DNA from: Dimargaris cristalligena
Lineage: Eukaryota
DNA length: 34,313 nt
NCBI GenBank assembly: GCA_003614675.1
Contig: ML002391.1
Location: forward strand, 1 to 34,313
Direction: 5' to 3'
Part shown: one piece after another, positions 1 through 10,281 of the stretch
Position numbering within the stretch: the stretch's first letter is position 1
How the letters are laid out: each line of letters begins with the position of its first letter
Notes under the pieces: generated by a model
What the model was told of the DNA's origin: nothing
Seen by the model: only the letters and a program-made list of their open reading frames with translations
Databases searched by the model: none
Translations under genes and position numbers: made by a program

Positions 1-2759
1 GAACGTACGGCCTAGAACAGGGGTGGCGGGGCCCTCAGTAACGTAGTTGGGTTCAGTTTCGGTGACCGAGTCCAAGCGGTGGGAAACCTGGTTAAATTTC
101 TTCAAGGAGGCACCCTCGGGGGAAAAGACCTCCACGTTAAAAGTCTGAGTGGGCAACCATTCCAGGGCCACCCGGTAGGCTCGGGTGGTGTCGTCGCCAG
201 TGGTGGTGTACTGCAGAGTTACACTGTCCACAAAATGGTGGTTGAGGCGGGTACTAGATCGGTCATTCCACGGCGAATTGGCATCGGCGGCGGAAGCCTG
301 CGACTGTTGCATCTGGGCAGTATAGACGCCTAAAGCGGCTTCCGCGAGAGACTCGGGGCTGGGATCGATCGGGGTGGCCAGGAGCTCCGACTCGTATTTG
401 GCGATAAACCCGGTTTCGACCTCCCCGGCGATAAAGGCTGGGTGGGACACCACCGATTGTAGGAACTGGATGTTCGTGTGCGGACCTACCACCTGGTACT
501 CCGAAAGGGCCTTCCGCATCACCCGCAGGGCTTCGGTACGATCCCGGCCGCGTACAATTAATTTGGCGATCATAGGGTCGTAGTGGACCGAGACTTGGTC
601 ACCCTGCACCACTCCTGTGTCGATACGGACGGTGTCGGAAGCCATGGGAGGGGTCAAGTGAGCCAGCGGGCCCGTGTCGGGCAGAAAGCCTTTGGCCGGG
701 TTTTCGGCGTAGATACGGGCTTCAAAGGCATGGCCAACTAGCGGGATCTGACTTTGGGTGAGGGGCAGGGGGTTGCCTGCCGCCACCTCCAGTTGCCATT
801 GCACCAAGTCGGTGTTGGTAACCCACTCGGTTACGGGGTGCTCTACCTGGAGGCGGGTGTTCATTTCCATAAAATAGAACTGTTGGGTTTCGTGGTCCAT
901 AATGAACTCGACGGTACCTGCGCCCTCGTAATTCACGGCTAGGGCGGCCGCCACGGCCTTGCTACCGAGGGATGCCCGGACCTCAGGGGATAGATTAGGG
1001 GCCGGGGCTTCTTCCAGCACCTTCTGGTGCCGCCGCTGGACACTGCAGTCGCGCTCGTAGAGGTGGACGGCGTTGCCAAACTTGTCCGCGAACACTTGGA
1101 CTTCGACATGACGGGGGCGCACCAAATACTTTTCAATGAGGACCTTGTCGTCACCGAAGGACTTGATAGATTCCCGACGGGAGGATTCCAGCATCATTTC
1201 AAAGTCTTCGGGGCGCTCAACAATGCGCATCCCTTTACCTCCGCCACCCTTAACAGCCTTGATCAAAACGGGATAACCGATTTTGGCGGCCTCATTCTTT
1301 AGAAAAGCCACGTCTTGGTTTTCGCCGTGGTAACCCGGCACTACAGGCACTTTGGCGTCCTGCATGATATATTTTGATTCGCTAGAGAACGGGGATAATA
1401 AAGAGATGGTACAATAGGGATGTGTATTCCTTGGGTTAGTATTTCCGGACAATCCGAAGTGGGAAAATAGACCAGTGAGTGGGTGGATATCCCATCTGTA
1501 GACATTCCGCCGCCAATTGGCTTTATTATCCAGGGGGCTGTGTTAGGACAGACGGCTGCCCAAGTGGTCCACCCATTCTCCACTATATTTACCAGTGGAG
1601 AGTATCTTAGGAATCGGGTTAAGCATATTACCTCTTGGAACCCATGGAGATAATGGCGGACGCTGGAGGACCGATAAAGGTGATGCCCTCGTTTTTGAGG
1701 CGCTCGGAAAAGCCGGCGTTCTCCGACAGGAAACCGTAACCGGGATGAACGGCCTAGAGCGCAGTTACAACCAACAGTAGAGTCGCCGGTGACAGAGATC
1801 CGGTTATATTAGTAAAATAGTTAGTAACAGGCTGGGGGGGGGGTAGTTTAACCGACCATCAATCTGAACAACGGTTGGCTAATGATTAAAAGGCTTACCT
1901 GAGCCCCGGTGCGGGAAATTACGTCTAGGATACGGTCTACATTTAGGTAGCTTTCGGCGGACGGAGCTGGCCCGACACAATAGGCATCGTCGGCCTAACA
2001 CAGTGTACAAATCGGGACATAGGGGCGAGGTCAAGGTTAGATGTATCCGTAGGGATTTGATGGCTAGGCCAACATTAAGCAGAGGTAGGCGTTGGTCATG
2101 GAAGCTTTATAAATCCAAATTCCCGATCAAATCAAACTGATGAATGCTTTGACTAATGTCGGCCCGCCTATAGTTTCCTCCGCCAAGAGAAGCGGGGCAC
2201 TTACCATTTTAACATGCTGCGAATAGCGATCGGCTTCACTGTAGACGGCCACGGTCTTGATGCCCAGTTTCCGGGCCGTGCGCATGACACGGCAGGCGAT
2301 TTCACCGCGGTTAGCAATTAGGATTTTGTCAAACAGCGGCTTTCGTGCTACATATTGGGGTAGATCCGGGGCAAAAGAGATATATGCAATATTAATGCAT
2401 ATAATTAGTTGAAGTCACGGGCCACTAAAGTAGGGGCACCCCGGTTGCCAGACCTATTGGCCTGTACAACCGGCGGCTCGGTCAAGTAAGAGCAGTTGGA
2501 CCGAGACCATCGGCCGAATACTAAAGTCGGCTTACAACCCGAACAGCTAGATACAAGCGTTATAGAGTGATCTACGCCAGGTGTCTTTCGGGAAAAGTTC
2601 ATCTGACTTACCTGGCTCAGACGAGTAGGTGCGCTGGCGGAAAAGCAGGGCAGGGCCGCGGGTAAGGTTGGCATGGGAAGACCAGCCCGCAGCCAACCCG
2701 ACACTGTTACAGGTCACCCGGGGTAGGGAGTGGGCCTGGTTGAGGACTCGCAAGACCAT
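1..2759 (-). CDS. MCCC1: 3-methylcrotonyl-CoA carboxylase alpha (biotin carboxylase) subunit, mitochondrial precursor; 3'-partial, continues beyond window start
   Basis: Manually spliced exons 2759-2612, 2347-2205, 1994-1899, 1753-1632 and 1381-<1, all with GT..AG introns and compatible phases. Translation includes an Arg/Ser-rich presequence, [107 protein letters not shown] and [14 protein letters not shown] and PGYHGENQD favour MCC alpha over PCC or pyruvate carboxylase. Confidence 0.9.
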
Positions 2760-4425
2760 GGTGCAGGGATGGGGCGAGGAAAACTCAGTAAGTGGGAGTG
2801 TTTTAAGGCTGACTAGGAAGGGGTGCCTACAAGAAAGGGTTATAAATGGGTAGGAAGCAAGACTAATGGGCTAAACCACGGTGGAAAGGGCCTTCGTTAC
2901 TGGCGGACCGGATGGCTTAAGCAGAGTAAGAAAACCAGAGGAATGAGAAGGGTGTAGAGGACGACGGTTCAACGAGGGGAACTGGTGGGCGACCATGGGT
3001 TGAAATACCTTTTGCCAAAGGCCCTCCAGGTCGAAGCTGCACTGGGCCACTCCCACGACGGTTACCCGGCCTCCCTATGACTTGCTGGTTCTGGTGAGAA
3101 GAGTCGTCACAGCAGTCACACACCGTCCAGCTCACGGGTTAACCAAAGGTACCGTTATGATAGGCGGAGAGGAATTTGTTGCAAATTATTACCCTCCACT
3201 TTGCTTTCCCCAAGCGTGTGTTAAAAAGCCCAGATGGGCGTTTCTGCCCCCGCCTCCCACAAATCAAGGCGGCGGGGATCCATCCCGTGGTTTTCCCAAT
3301 AGTCCAGGAAATAGTGGAACCCAGTCTCCCTTCTTATCCAAGTGATGACTGGTTCAACAACTTCCCCGACTAGTATTTTTGGTTGGCCCAGATGTCTTGC
3401 GAGTTGGAACAAGGACGGGGAGGTAAATTCCGCCAGCAAACTAAAGTTGTGGGGCCAATAATATTGCACACACATCCTTCTTGAGGAAAGGGTGGGCGAG
3501 TCGCGGGGTCAGTCGCTACCCAATCGCAGGGTAAAGCAGCAGAACCGAGCCAACTGGCTCGTTTGCTAGCGAAACAAAACTGGCGGTGTTTGGAGGTACC
3601 GTAGGGACAATGCATACCAGGAATGGCCAAGAAAACAAATGGGTAGGTACGATAATGGAGGAACTAACCGGTGGAACGGGGGTTCTCTTCTGGAGGCTAA
3701 TGGTAAAGCCGAGCCGGCCTTGGGTCGCTCAATGTATGCTGAACGGATGGCACCATGCATGCGCATACACGCGGCCTCGATGGCGCAGCTTCGATCAGCG
3801 GCGGGTTGGACGTAAATACGCATATACTTTTAGGTATGGCTTGTGGGTCGAGCTCGCCGTCGTCCTAAGTGGGGCTAGTTGGCGGGTGACTACACTGCCC
3901 GATGCTAGCCAAATAAGATGAATGGAAATAATTGATGGCCTCACGTTTACGTCAATTACCGCGTCTGGTGCAAGGGCCAACGACCTGCCATAATCATGTC
4001 GGAGGGGTTAATGGGTGGCCGAGATACGTGACAACAACATATTACCCGCCAGGGCATACTTCCATACAAGGCTGACCAGATGCCATTCATTGTTTATAGG
4101 TATCACCACTAGCTAGCGAAGCCATCCAGGTGGGAGAAGGTCATGGGATTCTTCCTAACCAAGGAAGGTGGATGCCGCATTTAGTTAAGCCCATCAGATT
4201 CTACAATAATATTTTCGCTAAACGCTTTGATTTTAGACGGATATGGGAAAGTAATATCCACTATCGGGTGCACCCGGGTGGCCACAGACCATAGGCGAAG
4301 TTGGCTATCGAAACCAAGAACGAGGATGCGCATATCCTCTTCTTATGCATGCATTTATTCAGACCAACTTAGTCAGCGCCGCACCTAAGGGTGAAGGTGC
4401 AGTAAAACGGGACGGGGACTGGGCT

Positions 4426-4433
4426 TATAAAAA
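4426..4433 (+). promoter_or_regulatory. Candidate TATA box of the CDF zinc transporter gene
   Basis: TATAAAAA followed ~40 nt later by a ~750-nt C/T-rich, ATG-poor stretch leading to ATG 5213. Confidence 0.5.
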
Positions 4434-5212
4434 GAAAGGGTCCGCCCAGGGGTAGTTTCCACTGCCAAAGTGTCCTGGTCCACGTTGCTGTATATCCTCG
4501 TCACTAGTCGTCTCCACCGTTCCGCCCCAATTCCCTGCCGCCCTATCTCATTCCGTCGCGCGAGTGGTGGTCCATTTTACCCATTTATGCTCCGCCAGCC
4601 GGGTGACACATCTACCTGCACCACCACCGTGCTCCCCTGGCCATCTATCCTCCTGGCTCGCTTGCCGTCCGTGGCTGCTGGCCTCCCTTATTCCAGCTCT
4701 TTCGACACCCCTGGCCTTGCTTCCATCTGCCATTACACTACACTTCCGTCATACGCCCTTCTCACTGAAATTCCCCTTCCTCCCCCCGCCTATCGCGTCT
4801 CCTGGCCATCTGCCGAAATAGACTCCTCCTTCTACATTGCCTGACTTTACACTAGTTCGCCTGTTATCTACCTTTTCTCCTACTAATAGCTAAGCGAGAC
4901 CTCTTCTTCCCTTTCTTTTCCTTCAGTTTGGTTGCCAAGCAGCTTCACTAACGCCCCACTTTATTATATTATATTATATATATATTTTTTCTCACCGCTC
5001 CGCTTTCTTCCCCACATTGGCCTACCTCATTCTCTTATCCCTTACCAGCCTGTATTCGGGCCTCCTCTTTTTCCAGACCCTCTCCCATCCGCTTCGCTAG
5101 CAGTTTGCCTACGTCCTCCTACCCCCGTTTTCCGTATTCAGCCGGCCAAAGTTTGTCGTATTTTTGACCTTCGCTCTACTGCCCCTCATTTCCGTTGCCA
5201 TACCCCAGCACC

Positions 5213-6841
5213 ATGGCCTTGTCTCGGACCCAAAAGGTCTTCATTGTCCTAGGATTCAGCATCACGCTGTTCCTCCTGGAGGTCATTGTGGGCTATGCCG
5301 TGGGCTCCATCGCGCTAATCGCCGATTCGTTCCATATGCTAAACGACATTCTCGGATTCGTTGTGGCCCTCGGAGCCATGAGTCTGGCCAAGCGACAGAA
5401 GTTCGACCCCCAGTACACGTACGGCTGGAAGCGGGCGGAAGTGTTGGGGGCCCTCATTAACGCCGTCCTACTGCTGGGCCTCTGCCTCACCATCTACATT
5501 GAAGCCATCCAACGCTTCTTCAACCCTACTCCTATCGAGAACCCCGAATGGATCCTAGGGGTGGGTACCGCGGGTCTTCTGTTCAACTGCATCGGTATTT
5601 TCCTGTTTCAAGACGCCCATGTGCACGCCCATGGCGGAGGCGGTTGCTCCCACAGCCACAGTCACGATGTAGAAGCCGATAGCGGCCCGGCCACCACCGT
5701 GCGTGGGAGTGCCGCCGACCTCGCTCACCACCAGGTCCTGCCGTCCGGTCGCATGGACGACGATACCCTTGAGGGTAGTGACTCCGGGTCCGATACCGAC
5801 GGCTCCTTGGCCCCCCAGGCGACCATCATTTCTGTGCTCCCCCCTGACAACAGCCAGGTGATTAACCACCCGGCTCGAGTGCACGACTCCATCATTGACG
5901 CCGCCGCCAATCTGAGTGCCTCCTACCGGGAGCGCCTGTCCCACCTCCCCAGCTCGAGTGGTCGGCGATCGGACAGTTTCCCTACGGCCCACGGAGTTGA
6001 CAGTCCCTTGAATGATCCCCGTGCCCCCCTGCTCGCCGCTGGGACCCATCGTCGCCTCTCCTACCATTCTGTAGCCCCTGTCGCTGACGGAGAGCTTCAG
6101 GCCTCCTCTTCCGCTGCCCCTAGTCCCCCGGGCATGGTCACCCCTGCCCACCATTCGCACGATCATGGCAAGGCCGAGAGTCACGGTGGACGGCTCAATA
6201 TGCGGGGCGTGTTCTTACATGTCCTGGGCGATGCCCTGGCTAACCTAGCCGTCATTGCCACTGCGCTGATCATTTGGCTGTCCGATTCCCCCTACCGGTT
6301 CTACTTTGACCCCGCCATTAGTATCGTGATTAACACCGTAATTGTGTACTTCACCCTACCTCTGGTCAAATCGGCTTCCTACATTCTACTCCAGTCGGTG
6401 CCCCACACCGTGTCCATTCACCGGGTGCGGTCCGAGGTCCAAAATATTCCTGGGGTCCTGTCCATCCACGAATTGCATATCTGGCAGCTGTCGGATACCC
6501 AGATTATTGCCTCGGCCCATGTATTTGTTCCCAAATCTCTGGGTGAGGATGGTTTCATGGGGGTCGCAGCCGACATCAAGGCCATTATGCATAAGCATGG
6601 TATCCACTCGACAACCATCCAGCCTGAATTCGTGCCTAACGCCGAGTTGATTGAAAACAACTTTGAAGCCGCCCAAACCGCCTGCCTGCTTCGATGTGCC
6701 CAGTCGTGTACCACCCCGTCGTGTTGCCCCGTCAATGACCAAAATACCCGTCTAATTGACAGTAGTAGCCCCAGTGACGACGATCGTAGCGACGGTGGGG
6801 CTCACCATGCCCATAGCCACGACCATTCGCATAACCATTAG
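5213..6841 (+). CDS. ZRC1: Cation diffusion facilitator (CDF) zinc/cobalt transporter, ZRC1/COT1/ZnT1-like, 542 aa, intronless
   Basis: Start gcaccATGG. SIALIADSFHMLND (TM2 HxxxD), YTYGWKRAEVLGALIN, His-rich loop (HVHAH..HSHSH, HHSHDH), LNMRGVFLHVLGDAL (TM5 HxxxD), HELHIWQL, HGIHSTTIQPEF, and a Cys-rich tail CLLRC..C....CC. Confidence 0.93.
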   Translation: MALSRTQKVFIVLGFSITLFLLEVIVGYAVGSIALIADSFHMLNDILGFVVALGAMSLAKRQKFDPQYTYGWKRAEVLGALINAVLLLGLCLTIYIEAIQRFFNPTPIENPEWILGVGTAGLLFNCIGIFLFQDAHVHAHGGGGCSHSHSHDVEADSGPATTVRGSAADLAHHQVLPSGRMDDDTLEGSDSGSDTDGSLAPQATIISVLPPDNSQVINHPARVHDSIIDAAANLSASYRERLSHLPSSSGRRSDSFPTAHGVDSPLNDPRAPLLAAGTHRRLSYHSVAPVADGELQASSSAAPSPPGMVTPAHHSHDHGKAESHGGRLNMRGVFLHVLGDALANLAVIATALIIWLSDSPYRFYFDPAISIVINTVIVYFTLPLVKSASYILLQSVPHTVSIHRVRSEVQNIPGVLSIHELHIWQLSDTQIIASAHVFVPKSLGEDGFMGVAADIKAIMHKHGIHSTTIQPEFVPNAELIENNFEAAQTACLLRCAQSCTTPSCCPVNDQNTRLIDSSSPSDDDRSDGGAHHAHSHDHSHNH

Positions 6842-7371
6842 GCAGCATCATATACCCCAGCTTGTCTGTGTAGCTCTATATATGCACAAGTTGCAATCCC
6901 CTGTTCGATACTGGCTGACCCAGATCTACCTTGTAGCTTTTTTTTTCATGGCATTCTTATACGGTGTTCATCATATGATGTCTAGTCTTGACCGTTACCC
7001 GTGTTTATACGAACGGCCATTCCCATTGCCTTTATCCATGCAGCTGTTTTAGCGAGCTATTTTGCGCGCTTTTGCGACCCCATCGGGCCACGGGCTGTAT
7101 CCCTATCGATGACTACCTCCCTATATTATTACCAGCTTCGTTCCTTAGTCTAGGGTCCAATATTTCTAGAGATTAGATTGTACAATTTTTATTCTTCATT
7201 ATAAATGGCAGCTACCCCTATAGTGGCAGTGGATATGGGGCTATTATCAATTCAGTAAAACGTACCCCCTCCCGCACATTCTGTAAATTAAGAACAATGC
7301 CGGCCCGGGTCGGCATAATACTATGTCGTGGATATCTCACTGGCCGGTTACACTGTTCACATTTTTTAAAA

Positions 7372-7513
7372 CAATAGGTGGAATTCACTGTAACTGTATG
7401 TTTTTTTTATGAACCGTAAGTGGTCAAATACATGGGCGAAGCAATTTTAACCAGTAAAATTGGCCTTATCGAACGGATGTTTTGTTATACAAGTGGGCCG
7501 AGGCTCCCCGTAT
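7372..7513 (+). mobile_element. Degenerate copy of the 144-bp TIR element
   Basis: ttttaaccagtaaaattggccttatcgaacggatgttttgttataca...ccccgtat matches the right half of the family; the left end caataggtggaattcac...ctgtat aligns more weakly. Confidence 0.6.
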
Positions 7514-10137
7514 ATACATCATAAAGCCGCCTAGAAGGGGGGGAGGCATTGTCATTGAATCTTTTGGGTAATACTATAGGTACGACGGGGTCAAGGCTTG
7601 GAGCACAAGTGAGGTGGTTCCTATTTGCCATTGGATCTCTATAGGGGTATATTTTACCCTTCTATCTTTATATTCAATACGCGTGCCTTGGTGTCGCTGT
7701 ATTGTGCCTTTGGCTCTCTCTCTCTAAGACTGTCATTTTTTCCGCAAGGGCCTCGATTAGTCATGGTGTTACCCCGATAATTCCCGCCTCTTAGGCAAAA
7801 AATGGTGACTGATTCAGCAAAACAGCCGTCCAAAAATGGTCACCCCCCCTCACTACTGTTTACCGTCAATTGGGGTCTGCTCTTTTCGTAGCTACCCCAC
7901 CTTTTTTTATATAAACTGCTTCCTAGGCTCTACCATCCCCAAATTAACAAGGGGACTCATCGTACAACCCTTAATCCCCTAAAATCCAGTTTGTCGGCTT
8001 AATGTGGTGTGCAACCTGGTCATGATCCCTTGGACCCTTCATTCGCCACTTTAGGAGAAGGGTACATCCCTTGGACCATCCATATGCTGTAACCATTAGG
8101 GTAGGGTGGCTCGACTAGTGACCCTAACTGGGGACCCCCCTAAAAACCCACCACTCTAGGGAGCATGGTTTGGGTCACTTGGGGTTGGATATATTCGAGT
8201 TCTATTGTTGTTCATACGCGTAGACCAATAGAAGATCGCGTAACCTCGGGTTCTTCGTAGTGGTGTACGAGAGAGTAAACCATTACATCTTATTCATTTT
8301 CTAATAACACTCGCGTGAGTAGTGGGGCAGGGATATTTTGCCGAGTACGACCATGTAATGTTCTTTGTCTCCAAGTCTATAGTCAAGAGCATCTTTAGGA
8401 AAAGGGGGGTTGGAGCAAGACGGGGTGTACTATAAAGCATTTGGTCGTTGTCTGTGAGGTCGGTTAAGGCCATACAGGTGCTTCAAGATGTTACCCAACA
8501 CCTACAGGCGGCCGGGCAACGGATTCCCGCTTCCAATAGAAATTAGCAAATATGGATTCATGTATTACAAAGACCGTTCTATTGTGCTTTATTTTAAAAA
8601 TGTGCGTCTTTCCATCGGGTATACCGGCGCATTGTACATATCTTTGGCGGTTGCTATATAGCAAGAGTTGCATGGCCCCTCTAATACCTTTCTTCCGAAC
8701 ACTGCCTTTTTTTTTTTCAAAACTATTACTAACCCCTTATTTTGGCCCCAACCACTAGTTGGAGCCGGATGTATCAAAGTTTGGGGTGAGTAGTTGGCAA
8801 TGCACACTGTCGCTACGAATAATGTATTATATCCAACTACATTCATTACAGTTGTATTATGGTTACAGGTAAGAGTTGTGCAACTTTTGGTAGTGGCATA
8901 GCCCAGTCACGCTTAACATTGGTACTATCCATGCACTTACAAGCCGACCCTTCTTTTCTAGCATGCGATTCTAATGCGTGACAGCAGGCGGCCCATTTTG
9001 GTCATACCTCAGTTCAAATGGGTTGGGTGGTTGATGGCGAATAGTCCGCTATCCAAGTGCATTAGTTAGTCAAAGCAACCGTAAAGAACCTCCGTTACTT
9101 TCAATACCATCAACATTAATATATTGGAGCTAGAAATTGGAATAGTGGTTTATCCCAGAAATGCTGTAAACCCTATATTATACTATGCCCATCTTAGACA
9201 TGGAATAGCTATGTAATAAATGTTGAAAAATATGCTCCTACATGTTCTTTATGTTGGACTGCATCTCCCCCCCAAGTACCATTTACTGTATCGGGTATTT
9301 CGAGTGATCCTATTGGTCGAAACTACACTCAATAAATACCACTGCAATAAGCTTAATTCTCATCTTACGGTTCTTTCCTACTTCTATCTATCTTAAAATA
9401 AACTTCATCTTTAGTCTATCTCAGTTATCATCAAGAGAATCTGCAGTTACACCAGCACGTGGTTCATGGTGGGCGAGGAGGAGTGGTTGAGTGGTGTTTG
9501 CGGAGAAGTTGGGAAAGTCAGTTGGATTCGATGACGGAGGAGAGTGGGATGGGTTTTTGAGATGGTGGGGAATTGTACGCCTTTTTATACGAATTGGAAA
9601 GACCTGGGAATGATGGGGAAAGGGTAAAATACTAGCTCAGTAAGGGCTCAAGGAATTGAGGGCCGAATGTGTCGATTGTTCATTATGATTTCACCACTCG
9701 GCTCTTAATACCTATAGATATTAGACCAATCTAGTGAGAGGCAATCTGGTATGTTTTTGGGCCAATGAGCATCAGTTGATAGCTTAGAGGAGGTGTACTA
9801 CCATGCCGTCCAGAAACCTATACACCCTCATATACTTTGCGGAATAGGTAAGCTGCCATCATTTTACAATCCCAAAGCCAACTAAGTAAACAAGAGTGCA
9901 CTTGGTTATCCATCCTAGTAAGATACCCCAGCCCTGCATTTCTAGGACTGGGAGAAACGCCTATCCGATATAATTCAAGCACGCTCGCTGGCTTTTCATT
10001 CACACCCACATGCACTGGCTAAAATATTGGGCAAACTCACATGCGATGCAGTGTGGATACTCCAACAGGGAAACCCAAAGCGACGCTGTGCAACCATGGC
10101 CATTCCCATGCACTCTATAAATTATTTGGATTTGAAG

Positions 10138-10281
10138 ATATGGGTGAAATGCGGCCCAGCTGTATAAGGTTTTAAATGATACATGTATAGGATAATATAC
10201 GGGATGTTTATTTTTAACCAGTGATATTCACTTCATCCAACGGATTTTTCGTTGCACAGCTTGGTTGAACCTCTCCCATAT
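10138..10281 (+). mobile_element. 144-bp MITE-like element, full copy A
   Basis: ATATGGGtgaaatgcggcccagctgtataagg...cgttgcacagcttggttgaacctctCCCATAT; aligns without gaps to four other copies; imperfect terminal inverted repeats. Confidence 0.8.

Noticed and set aside
8025-8077. 12-bp direct repeat atcccttggacc, two copies
   Set aside because: Only two short copies with no further structure.
10138-10281. 144-bp element as a 48-codon protein repeat
   Set aside because: The frames I translated contain stops in most copies, and the inverted termini and both-strand dispersal fit a DNA element better. Ancestral coding origin is not fully excluded.
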